This document shows, piece after piece, positions 15,018-27,159 of a stretch of DNA of 64,000 nt. The DNA is from Octopus vulgaris (taxonomy: Eukaryota): the NCBI GenBank assembly GCA_951406725.2, contig OX597819.1, positions 44,392,001 through 44,456,000 of the forward strand, read 5' to 3'. Numbering within the stretch: position 1 is the stretch's first letter; every line of letters starts with the position of its first letter. The translations under genes were made by a program, and so were the position numbers. Under the pieces are notes generated by a model that was not told the origin of the DNA, searched no databases, and was given only the letters and a program-made list of their open reading frames with translations.

Positions 15018-15185
15018 AGAGTTTACGAAAAGAAAAAAAAGACGAAGACAGGTGGTGTACAAAACAAACAGATGTATTAGTATAACGCTCAGGAATAGAA
15101 AAAGTCTTTTACGTTTCGACCCTACGCTCTTCTACAGAAAGGGACACAGAAAACACAAGGAGAGAAACAAGGAGAGAAAAAAAGC
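15015..15185 (-). mobile_element. Short PLE-type terminal repeat fragment next to (TA)n, with a variant hammerhead motif
   Basis: Minus strand 15141-15106 reads CTTT-CTGTAGA-A-GAGC-GTAG-GGTC-GAAA-CG-TA-AAAG. Related termini occur at 5160-5330 and 6417-6517. Confidence 0.55.
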
Positions 15186-15239
15186 AGAGTAAAAAAGGAG
15201 GGAAAAAAGGAGAGAAAAACACACAAAAAAGATTAAAGG

Positions 15240-15405
15240 AGCCTTAGGCTCATAAAGGCGGTTTCCCTGATTCCGTGGCGCCCCACTCTGGATGGGACGC
15301 ATTTTTGCAAGCTGGGTCAACTGAAGAAACGTGAAATGAAGTGTTTAGCTCAAGATTACAGCACATCATCCGGTCCAGGAATCAGAACTCGAAACTTACG
15401 ATCAT
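15240..15405 (-). mobile_element. Degenerate SINE family C fragment
   Basis: Minus strand reads GAGTTCTGATTCCTGGACCGG...TCTTGAGCTAAACACTTCATTTCACG...GCGTCCCATCCAG...GGGAAACCG. Homologous to 34010-34260. Confidence 0.6.
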
Positions 15406-15441
<36 letters not shown>

Positions 15442-15461
15442 TATATATATATATATATATA

Positions 15462-15887
15462 TGGCCGGTGTCTGTGCAACATCGATATTCCTCCCTGTGC
15501 CTGTTGAATCTTGTATCCCTCACGTAATGCTTAGTTTAATTCGTCCTTACTCGAAAGACACCTGTTGTTATGTCCTGTTATTATTTTTATTGTATTTGTG
15601 TAACATTGTCCGTTTGTTGTATGTCCTTGTTTTTGTATACATTCGCTGCTTTCTTCCAAGGAATGTAATGCTCTTAGTTAAAGTTTTTCCTTGGGTCTGG
15701 CCAGATTGGAGCAATCTCGAGTATAATCAGCCGAAATTGCGAAGATAATCTGGTACTCGACTGAGGAAAGAAAACTTCGAATGACCCGTCCCTTGGTTTC
15801 ATTGTATCGTCTATCTACGTATTTTGTTGTCTCATGTTTGTGTCACCTAACTGTCCGGATGTTTTGCGTTCTTGTCCCATTTTGTAT
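15462..15887. repeat. Interspersed repeat inserted between (TA)n tracts; partial second copy at 17580-17762
   Basis: Both copies share ATGGCCG.TGTC.GTGCAACATCGATATTCCTCCCT...TTTAATTCGTCCTTA.TCGAAAGACAC.TGTTGTTATGTCCTGTTATT. Confidence 0.75.
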
Positions 15888-16494
15888 TATATATATATAT
15901 ATATATATGCGTGGGGTGTGTGTGTACAAACATACGTACATACATATATAAACAAGCACAAGAACACACATGCGGAGGAATGAAATTACTCGACAGATTG
16001 CATAGAGTTTAATACGTGTATTCATACACACGCAAATACAAAGAATCACACTCTCTTATAAGCACACCCCATGTTCAATCGCACAGACATACACATACAC
16101 ACACACAAAAGCACAGCACGTACAGACACGCACACGCTCGCACACACATGGAAACACACACAAGCACACTTCATTTATTTATGTTTTACATATTTAAACA
16201 AAAAACACTAACTTCTATTGGGTTTAGTTGTCTAATTCATTTCCGAGTTCGTCTTACCTGTATTTATTATTCAACAGGTTCTTTGCAAACCATTAACTGG
16301 CAGAGATATATAATCTGCTTGGTGATCGAATGATATTTTAATTTCGTTAGGAGAGGAAACACAAGGAAATATAAATGTGCACATACATGCATGGAGACAT
16401 GCTAGCATGTATGCATACATGTATATATACCAACATATATAAATATATACGTGTAAGAGTAGAACATGTGTTTATAGAGGGATGTATAAAAGAG

Positions 16495-16850
<356 letters not shown>

Positions 16851-17002
16851 GTATTCTTTTACTCCTTTATTGGTTTCAGCCAAAGTTTGGGGCCATGTTG
16901 GAACAACTCGCACACTCCTATATGTATAAGCATTATTTTTAATCGACAGAATATTAAAAGCGAATCAATGGCCGTGAGTTCCGTGCAAAAGACTGTAAAT
17001 AG

Positions 17003-17050
<48 letters not shown>

Positions 17051-17244
17051 ACGTAAACGGTACTTATATATGTAAGTATATGTGTGCAAATGCCTATCGA
17101 TGCGTATATGTGTATACGTATATTCACATATGTATAAACACATAAACTGATAGTCATACACACACACACAGATAATCCGTGACCTCCGTATTATCTTCTA
17201 AAACACTCGGATTGCATCTGGAAATTTCCTCAGGGAACGCATAC

Positions 17245-17302
<58 letters not shown>

Positions 17303-17342
17303 ACATATAAGAGATGACCATAATAGGACGTTTACCCTATCC

Positions 17343-17424
17343 TTTCTGGACTATGCATAGTTTCGGCAATCTTTCGTAAATAAAATAAAATTATTTACGA
17401 TTGGCGTTGCCTCTTCAGCAGAAA
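17343..17424 (-). ncRNA. Type I hammerhead ribozyme motif, canonical core
   Basis: Minus strand reads TTTCTG-CTGAAGA-GGCAA...TTGCC-GAAA-CTATGCATAG-TC-CAGAAA. Stem I is 6 bp, stem II is 5 bp plus an extended hairpin, stem III is the palindrome ACTATGCATAGT, and the triplet is GUC. Confidence 0.85.
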
Positions 17425-17464
17425 ACCGAGGCTAGCATATAGGCACGATATATATAAATATACG

Positions 17465-17547
<83 letters not shown>

Positions 17548-18667
17548 TTATACACGTATATATATATATAAATATATATATGGCCGTTGTCCGTGCAACA
17601 TCGATATTCCTCCCTATGCCTGCGAAATCATGTATCCCTGTCGTAAGGCTTTATTTCCACATATGCCAGCTTAATTTAATTCGTCCTTAGTCGAAAGACA
17701 CTTGTTGTTATGTCCTGTTATTTGTATTTGTGTAACCTTCTCCGTTTTTTTCCCGTCCTTGTGACTAGTGCCTGCGTGGACATTGCCATTGAAACACAAG
17801 AAGACTGAAATGAAACTCAAAGTTATCTTGAATCTGGAATCTAATAATTCCAGTATTACACTGCCTTTAACTAATGCATTATTTATCTCCCCATAAAGAA
17901 TTAAGGAATTAAATGTAACGTTGATCTGTGCCGAATTTGAACTAACAGCGCAGAGGATCGAAACAAATGTAGCAATTCATTCCACTATTCATTGGGTCTA
18001 TTGACTGCCAATTTGCACCTCCGCCACAGACACATATTTGTATAGATACAGGTACCCGGGTACATATCTAAATCCTTTCTTTACGATTTGATAAGACTTT
18101 ATTTGGATGGTATTTCCTATTTCGTATATATGTGCATGTCTGTGTGTATGTGTATACACACACACACAGATATATATATCATGTTTGTATTTCGGGATGT
18201 TCATCTTTTTTTTTTGCCAAATAAACACCGCACTACATATATATTTTTTCACTCATCTATTACTGTTCTTATTTTATTATTTCAAGTCATATCAATTATC
18301 AGGAAATATTTCGTCACACATTTGTGACCGCTTCAGCGACACTTTTCGTTTTCGAATGTGTTCTTTCTTCACGAACTTCATTCTGTTCTTTTCAGCAGCC
18401 CCATCCTCTCACCTCATTGTACTGCTACTGATGTTTATATATTTGAATATATACGAAGATATGTGTGTGTGTGTGTATGTATATATGTATGTATGCATGT
18501 TAATGAATGAATGACAATGGGTGTATGTGCATATGTTCGTGCGTGTGATGTCACATTGAAATTGATAGTGATTGCATCTGCAAAAGATGGCTAGAGCATC
18601 TAACATTTCCTAAACCTATTTCTCTCTTTGTCTTTTTGTGTTATACACACACATATATACATATGTA

Positions 18668-18758
<91 letters not shown>

Positions 18759-18897
18759 ATATACACGTAGAAATGTAATTTTGAACACATACACACACAA
18801 CTATATATATATTTATATATAAATGGATATATATCTATCTATATCAATATATATATATGTATATATGTACATATATATATATATGTATATATGTACA

Positions 18898-18968
<71 letters not shown>

Positions 18969-18997
18969 ATATATTTATATATATATATATATGTATG

Positions 18998-19074
<77 letters not shown>

Positions 19075-19282
19075 TTATATACATTTCCTGGCCGTAACGG
19101 CTGATAATATTCAACATCACTGTGTTCTCGTAGCGTTACTTACCTACATTATCTTGAAGAGAAAGAGGAAACATGAGAACGAAGGAGGAGGAGAAAGAAC
19201 GGGAGGAATCTAATAAGAGAACATGAGAGAGTGGGAAACTGAAAGATAAGCAAACGAGAGAGCAAGATAGATAGATAGAAAC

Positions 19283-19364
<82 letters not shown>

Positions 19365-19589
19365 TGAGATAGAGAGGGAGAGAGAGAGATAGAGGGAGAG
19401 ACAGAGAGAGATATCCTGCTGCCCTAAGTGAATTATTAACTCAACGTTCTAAGTGCATTTTCATTGTAGCATATTAACCCTGCACAAACTCATTAACGTA
19501 GTGGCTCTTTGAAAAGCGCCATCGTTTATTTATTGGCTTCTTTCAACCGATGCCATATACTGTCTATCTGTCTGTCTGTCTGTCTGTCT

Positions 19590-20696
19590 GCCACCTCACC
19601 TAACCTCGCACCTCGACTTTCGCCCACCACACCAGCACCAACACCAACACCAACACCAACACTCGTGCCATCAGTATTGCTACGACTGCTACTAGTGCAA
19701 CCGTCACTGCTACTCTCAGCAGCACCACCACCACCACCACCGCCACCGTTGCCCTCAACGTCACCCCTGTCACCGCGATGATAACTATGACAATAGCAAC
19801 AACCTCTTCGATATTAGCTGGTACAAAACCACCAGCACCAGCACCACCAGCAGCAGCAGCAGCAGCAGCACCACCACCAACACCACCACCACCACCACCA
19901 CCATCATCACCGACACCAGCACCACCAGTACCACCAGAACCACCACCACCATCACCATCACCACCAGCACCAGCACCACCAACACCACCAACACCAGCAC
20001 CACCAGCACCACCAGAACCACCAGAAGCAGCACCACCACCAATACCACCACCAGTACCAATACCACCACCACCACCACCACCACCACCACCACCACCACC
20101 TCCACCACGACGACGACAACGACGACGATGACGACGACGACGACGACGACCACCACCACCACCATTGCCGCCGCCACCACCACCACCACCACTAGCAGCA
20201 GGACCGACTTCAAGAACGATGAGGCTACTAACTCCATTACCAATAGCACCATCACTACCAGCATCAGCAGCATCAGAAGCATCAGCAACATCAGCAATAT
20301 CAGCAGCATCAGCAGCATCAGCAGCAACTACGAAAACCACAAGAACACCGACGACAATAAAAACAACAGCAATCTTATTACTATTACTAACAAGCAAAAA
20401 AAAAAACCCCTTAACCAGGAAAAGTGTCATCATCCAGATCACTACTACCACAACCATTACTACTACCATCATCATCATCAGCGGCATCTTCATCACCTTC
20501 ATTATCCTCAGCATCGTGGTCGTCGTCGTCGTCATTGTCATGATCATGAGCATCAGTATGATCTTCAGCAATATCATCATCATCAACAATATCATCATCA
20601 CCATCATCGTGGTTGTCGTCGTTGTCGTCATCATCATCGTCATGATCATGATCATCCTGATTATTATCATCATCATGATCATCATTGTCATCATCA
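19590..20696. repeat. GC-rich mosaic trinucleotide tract (CCA/CAG/CGA/CAT)
   Basis: Successive blocks of CCA, GCA, CGA and CAT repeats. ORFs are open in several frames on both strands with only homopolymeric peptides. Confidence 0.85.
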
Positions 20697-20816
20697 TAAG
20701 TTACGGGGACGTAAAGACACCAACATCGGTTGTCAAGCGATGGTGGGGCAACAAACACAGTTACACAAACATACACACAAACATACACGCAAACACACAC
20801 ACACACTCACACACAA

Positions 20817-20876
<60 letters not shown>

Positions 20877-20972
20877 ATTTAAATAATGAGGGAGATAAAT
20901 TTAATATTAATTTAATTAGTATCAATTTAAAACCAGTAGCCTAGCATACAAAACCAGTAGCCTAGATTTTTC

Positions 20973-21011
<39 letters not shown>

Positions 21012-21100
21012 GAGGATAAGATCGTTATTTACAATACCGATCATATCAGGTGGCACTTATGGTAATAACCTCATAGGTAATAATTATTATTTAAATAATT

Positions 21101-21488
21101 AAGGGCATCTAAAAGATACCTATTTCTTTATTACCCACAAGGGGCTAAACACAGAGGGGACAAACAAGGACAGACATAGGTATTAAGTCGATTACATCGA
21201 TCCCAGTACGCAACTAGTACTCAATTTATCGACCCCGAAAGGATGAAAGGCAAAGTCGACCTCGGCGGAATTTGAACTCACAACGTAACGTAGACAAAAT
21301 ACCGCTAAGCATTTCATTCAGTATGCTAACGTTTCTGCCAGAGCCAAAACTTGACTCTAAAGCCACATTAAATGTTCATACAGCACCTCTTTGTCTTCTC
21401 TCCTGGTGTTGTATGAACATTTAATGTGGTTCTAGAGTCAAGTTTTGGCTGCTATATCTCACATGGTGGTATCTTTTAGATACCCTTT
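21101..21488. mobile_element. Fold-back element whose left arm is interrupted by a minus-strand family B SINE (21121-21341)
   Basis: 21101-21120 plus 21342-21387 are reverse complements of 21405-21450 plus 21469-21488. The SINE B sequence lies between the two left-arm pieces. Confidence 0.7.
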
Positions 21489-21670
21489 ATCATAATTTTA
21501 ATAATTGTATATATAGGTTATGAGAAGCGATGGTGTCAGTAAGACCCAAAGGTGTCAGGTAACGCGGAGTAAGTGCTATGGATAGACCATACTTAAGCTC
21601 CAGGTTCGGTAATTATGCGAATAAAGAGTCCAACGTAGGTCATATATCAGCGTGTGTATATATTAAAAAA

Positions 21671-21795
21671 TTTTTTTCAGAATGAGATAAAAACCAAGGC
21701 TGTGAAGATTTTAGAACATTTATAAATAGAAGGTCTATTTATAAATGTTCTAAAATCTTCACAGCCTTGTTTTCTGTATCTCATTCTGAAAAAAA
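21671..21795. repeat. Near-perfect ~60-bp-arm palindrome with a 3-nt loop, between (TA)n tracts
   Basis: CAAGGCTGTGAAGATTTTAGAACATTTATAAATAGA-AGG-TCTATTTATAAATGTTCTAAAATCTTCACAGCCTTG, extended by TTTTTTCAGAATGAGATA/TATCTCATTCTGAAAAAA. Confidence 0.9.
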
Positions 21796-21806
21796 AAACT
21801 TTTATA

Positions 21807-21853
<47 letters not shown>

Positions 21854-21866
21854 GTGTGTGTGTATG

Positions 21867-21900
<34 letters not shown>

Positions 21901-21924
21901 TGTATGTATGTATGTATGTATGTT

Positions 21925-22295
21925 TATTGGAAACCCTGCTGGATGAAAAACAAAACCCATCAAAGTCTTAAGGCTGTATCATGCGCGGGGACATAGAAAT
22001 AATCGGACTGAATACCCGATCGCGCGGTTAAACCATTGGGAGTGAAGGACTCCAAGCCTTTGTTAGGGCATCCTTCTAGGAGAAGGTAACTCAGGTAACT
22101 GGGATAACTCCGACATAAAACCTGCGGCTCAGTGGTTACCGATGATGTTGACTTGTCCTTTTTTTTGGATTATGGCCGCTGTTGCTTAGTGAGTTAGTGT
22201 TGCTTAGTGAGTGAGTTTGCACAGGCATTGCACGATAACAACATTGATTAAGCTTCGTGCAATGGCCATACTCGATAACGAGGGGGCAGCCAATA
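21925..22295 (+). mobile_element. Possible RTE 5'-UTR-derived non-autonomous element
   Basis: GGGCATCCTTCTAGGAGAAGGTAACTC...AAAACCTGCGGC resembles an RTE-clade 5' UTR motif (from recall). Embedded in (TATG)n. Confidence 0.35.
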
Positions 22296-23179
22296 TGTAT
22301 GCATGTATGTATGTATATTATATGTGTGTATGTATGTATTCATGTAAACAGACAGAAAGAAACGACAAAAGATTTCCAGACGATGAATATTCAAGTATAA
22401 ATATACAGATATTTACATTAATCGATCGAACTTAGAGAGAATGGAAACGATTTATCTTATAACCACTCTTTAACCCGTGGAATTGGTTCCTCGTCAAGAC
22501 ATCGGGGTCTAACTTTGAATCATTTGAGCGCTGCTAAGCAGAATCTCTGGAACTCATTTCTTTACTACATATACATATTCATACACAGGCAGGCAGACAG
22601 ACAGTCAGACAGATACATACATACATACACACATACACACACATGCAAACAATGCATTTCTGTGTATGTATACAATCAAATATAAGCATACATGCACAAA
22701 TACAAGCACATACTTACATACATGCATTCATACATGGTACATACTTATACATTCATACATATAACATACATAAACATGCATGCATACATACATACATACA
22801 TACATACATACATACAAACATGCATACATACATACATGCATGCATGCATGCATACATACATGCATGCATACATACATACATACACACATACATGCATACA
22901 TATTCAAATACCGTAGTATATTAACAAAGAAAAATAAAGTACTCAATACATGGATTGCAATAGATCGTGTATTTATAATGAAATTTTTTGTAGCCTCTCG
23001 AATTTCCTGATACTCCGATCTTCTGGCCTGAAAATCAGTGAGTTGAAGCACAGGACACGATAAAACGAATACGTGCATAGAAATATATAGGCATATACAT
23101 ATATGTATATTTATATAGATACACACATATATATGTATCCATACACATATACATACTGTATATGTATACGTATTTATAA

Positions 23180-23228
<49 letters not shown>

Positions 23229-23337
23229 TATACATATATATATACATACATATATATTTATGTATATAAACAACAAGCAGGTGTATACACACACACACAC
23301 ATATATATATGTATGTATATGAATATATATATATATG

Positions 23338-23382
<45 letters not shown>

Positions 23383-23418
23383 TTATTCATACATACACAC
23401 ACAAACACACACATATAT

Positions 23419-23455
<37 letters not shown>

Positions 23456-23720
23456 CATGTGCATATAATCACACACACGTACTTTCACGCACACATGTGT
23501 ATATTTATGTATATATACATTGCCAGACTCATGAACAAGCTTCCACATGCATGCGTGCTCACAAACAAACATCTATAATCTCATACACAAATGTATTTTT
23601 CGACATATGCATGTGTCATTTACGTCATCCCTGCGGCGTTGCAATTTCTTGCGGATTTCTTCAACCTTTTCACTGTCCATTTTGGTCTTGCATCTATGCC
23701 AATTGGTCGATAAAGTATGA

Positions 23721-23764
<44 letters not shown>

Positions 23765-23896
23765 CGCGCGCGTATGTGTTTGTGTGTGTTACAGAGAGTG
23801 GTTAACGCAAGAGCATTGTAGGGAGGAGGTGAAGGGAAAACACGGTGGAGAGTGAGGTAAGGGAACTGGAAGAGCGAAAGAAGCGGAAAGAGCATT

Positions 23897-23944
<48 letters not shown>

Positions 23945-24036
23945 TGAGAGAGAGATGGACTAAGTGAGCGAAAAAGAGAGAATGAAAGGAGTGAAAAAAA
24001 ATAGAGAACGAAATGTAGAAGAAAGTTGGATGGAAA

Positions 24037-24147
<111 letters not shown>

Positions 24148-25438
24148 GACAGAAAGACAGAGAAATAAAAGGTGTAGTTGATGAAAGAAAGTATAAATAA
24201 ATAAACACAGATAGAAAGAACGAGAGAAAGGAAGCAGGAAGGAAGGAAGGAAGGAAGGAAGGAAGGAAGGAAGGAAGGAAGGAAGGAAGGAAGGAAGGAA
24301 GGAAGGAAAGAAGGAAGGAAGGAAGCAAGCAAGCAAGAAAGGAAGGAAGCAAGAAAGGAAGGAAGTAACGTGAGATAAAGTGGGGCTGTGGTAGGTAGAG
24401 GTTAAGCGGAATGAGGAGCAAAAGATATATAGTTGGAGAGATAGAGAAACGGAGAGATGAGGACGTGGGGAAATAAAGGATTTGAGAGGGAGGTGAGTGG
24501 GAAGTGAGACGTAGAGATAGAGATAGACGATAAAATAGAGGGACTGAGAAAGGGAGAGAAGTGTGTGAGAGGAAGAGAAATGATAAAAGAGCGCGTGGGA
24601 TAATGTGTCAGAGATTAAAACGTAAAGCGGGGTGAGGCAAAGAAATTAAGAGAGAGAGAGAGGAGAGAGAGTTATATATAGCGAGAGAGACACAGATCGA
24701 GAGAGAGAGAGAGGGGGAGAATTAGAGAGAGAGCGTGAGAGAGGGGGGAGAATTAGAGAGAGAGCGTGGGAGAGAGAGGTATAATATCAAAAGTAAGATT
24801 AATAGATGATAGAGCGAGAAGTAGAAACAGGGGGAAATAGAGAGGCAGAAAAGTGAGTAAGTGAATGAGTTGAACATGGAGAGAGAGAAAGAGAGAAACT
24901 GAGAGAGATAGAGAGACAGAGAGCGCAAGAGAGAGAAAGAAAGGAAGGAAGGAGTTGAAAATGTGGTGATATATGACTTGAACAACTTCTATGAAGTGGT
25001 CTTCATCTGTGACTGTGATGCTGAATCTGGTCACGCTCGGACGTTTCATCTGCTGGATACGTAATATAGGCCAGAATGTGTCGAGCCGGATGAAATACTA
25101 TAAGACACAGACAACACTGTAAGTCCTCGTAGTTAAATTGTCCGAAACACTTACCCCGGGGCCATTGTCTTTGTCTTGTTCCTTTCATTAAGGTTTCCTA
25201 AAGGGACAAAGATAGAGAGTAGAAAGTGGGACAAAACATTAACAAACGCAGAGATGAAAGGTGAAAAATCTATATATTTCAGGCGCCCGAAATGTATAAA
25301 TGTCTTTCAACTGTTATCTCTGCATTGATAGAAGCTTTCCTTATTTCATTTTTTATTCTAATACTATATTACAAGGTTTCAAGCGAACTACAACGCTCCT
25401 CAGTACTATTATTATAATGATAATGGTATTTTTTTATA

Positions 25439-25629
25439 TAAGCTTAAAGCTTATGGCGATCGTCGTGCAATGACTAAAGAAATTAGTCTAATAAAGGGGC
25501 ATATAAGCCCTCGATAGAAAAAAGAAGGCGAACAAGAAATTTGCCTTTCTTCTGTCGAGGGCTTATATGCCCCTTTATTAGACTAATTTCCTTAGTTTTT
25601 ACACGGTGATCGCCATAAGCTCTAAGCTT

Positions 25630-25630
<1 letters not shown>
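25439..25630. mobile_element. Fold-back element (~85-bp arms), same family as 26021-26344 and 58695-58830
   Basis: TAAGCTTAAAGCTTATGGCGATC...GACTAAAGAAATTAGTCTAATAAAGGGGCATATAAGCCCTCGA is followed by its reverse complement after a ~20-bp spacer. Confidence 0.8.
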
Positions 25631-25682
<52 letters not shown>

Positions 25683-25839
25683 TAAGGGTTTGGCAAAAAG
25701 TTGCTTCACCACATACCAAAAATTTAGAAATAGCAGTCAAAAATCATTTAACTGCAATATAACTCCACAGACAGCAATAATCATAACTCACATAGGCAAA
25801 AAGAAGAAAAAATAACGAAATCAACCAGTCTTACGATTA

Positions 25840-25896
25840 ATCATGTACGCGTTTCGGGATTAGAATTGTAAAATTCATTTCCCTCATCAGCATGAT
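25840..25896 (-). ncRNA. Minimal type I hammerhead ribozyme motif, canonical core, inside a ~255-bp (TA)n-flanked element (25680-25935)
   Basis: Minus strand reads ATCATG-CTGATGA-GGGA...TCCC-GAAA-CGCG-TA-CATGAT. Stem I is 6 bp, stem II is 4 bp plus a hairpin, stem III is the palindrome ACGCGT, and the triplet is GUA. Confidence 0.85.
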
Positions 25897-25930
25897 ATTT
25901 CAAGATTATAAATTTGAAAATGCTAAACCT

Positions 25931-25988
<58 letters not shown>

Positions 25989-26020
25989 AATGTTTTTATT
26001 AAGCAGCGTCGATTTTTACA

Positions 26021-26344
26021 ATTCTGTAAATAATACTAATTGCATTGTATAAGCTTAAATATAGCGTTCACCGCGCGATGACTAAAGAAAATTGTTTAAT
26101 AATGGGGCATATAAGCCCTCTACGGAAAAAAGTAGGTTTTCCTGAGAACATTGTTGGTGCGCTAGTGTAATGGTAGCAGTCTTGTCGAGAAAACAAAGAG
26201 ATATGTGTTCGAGTCCCACGTGCACAGGAAAACCTACTTCTTCCCGTCGAGGGCTTATATGCCCCATTATTAAACTATTTTCTTTAGTCATCGCGCGGTG
26301 ATCGCTATAAGCCTATAAAATACTATTATTATAATTTACAGAAT
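26021..26344. mobile_element. Fold-back element (~120-bp arms) enclosing a tRNA-like sequence
   Basis: 26021-26144 is the reverse complement of 26225-26344. The spacer holds Pol III A and B boxes. Confidence 0.75.
26156..26226 (+). pseudogene. Degenerate tRNA-like cloverleaf (SINE head or tRNA pseudogene)
   Basis: 71 nt with canonical spacing: acceptor GTGCGC/GTGCAC, A-box TAGTGTAATGG, anticodon arm TTGT-CGAGAAA-ACAA, B-box GTTCGAGTC. The D and T stems have mismatches, so it is not a functional tRNA. Confidence 0.65.
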
Positions 26345-26345
26345 A

Positions 26346-26384
<39 letters not shown>

Positions 26385-26386
26385 AC

Positions 26387-26419
<33 letters not shown>

Positions 26420-27009
26420 ACGAATTTCCAGTTTCCGTCTTCTAAATTTACTCACAAAAGATTGGTTCGCTTGGTGCCAAACACAGGCTGAAGTTGCCGC
26501 ATAGTGGGAATGAACCTGAAACTACGCGGTTGTAAATGAAGCATCTTAACCACACAGCCATATGTGCACCTATGGCTATATTGGTCTCAAAGTTCATTTC
26601 ATAACTGTTTGAGAAAAATATATTCCCATATTTGGGTGTGAGAGTTCAAATTGAAAATGGAGTCAACTTTGCTTTCCTCCAATCACTGGTCGATAAAACA
26701 AAAAAAATTACATAGAATAAAAGAAACAACGTATTAAAAAGATACAAAAATATAATTATCTGTAATATACCGAGTTTCTATATAATCGATTATATAGGCC
26801 TTTCTTATTTAAATTGTTTTCTTATGTCTATAATCAATATTTATTAATGAATCCATTCATAAAATGCCGTTACGCTGTAATAACAAGTATATCAATTTTT
26901 CTGTTGTGCAGAATATTCATTTGCACATTGCACATCAACATCATTTAATGTTAAATGCAATCAAATGAAACCACTATATTATCGCAAGTGCCTAATCTAC
27001 TGACACCGA

Positions 27010-27115
27010 AACTACTACTACTACTACTACTACTACTACCATAGCAGCAGCAGCAGCACCGCCACAAGAATCTCAACAGCCGTTACCATCATCATCATCG
27101 TCATCATCATCGTCG

Positions 27116-27159
<44 letters not shown>

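Noticed and set aside
19600-20944. Long ORFs (365, 259 and 248 aa) with poly-G/P/H/T tracts
   Set aside because: They are open in several frames on both strands only because of trinucleotide repeats. No domain is recognisable, and they run into a SINE fragment and a TA tract.
25360-25415. CTGAGGA-GCG...CGC-TT-GAAA on the minus strand
   Set aside because: There are extra bases before GAAA, and stem I does not pair.
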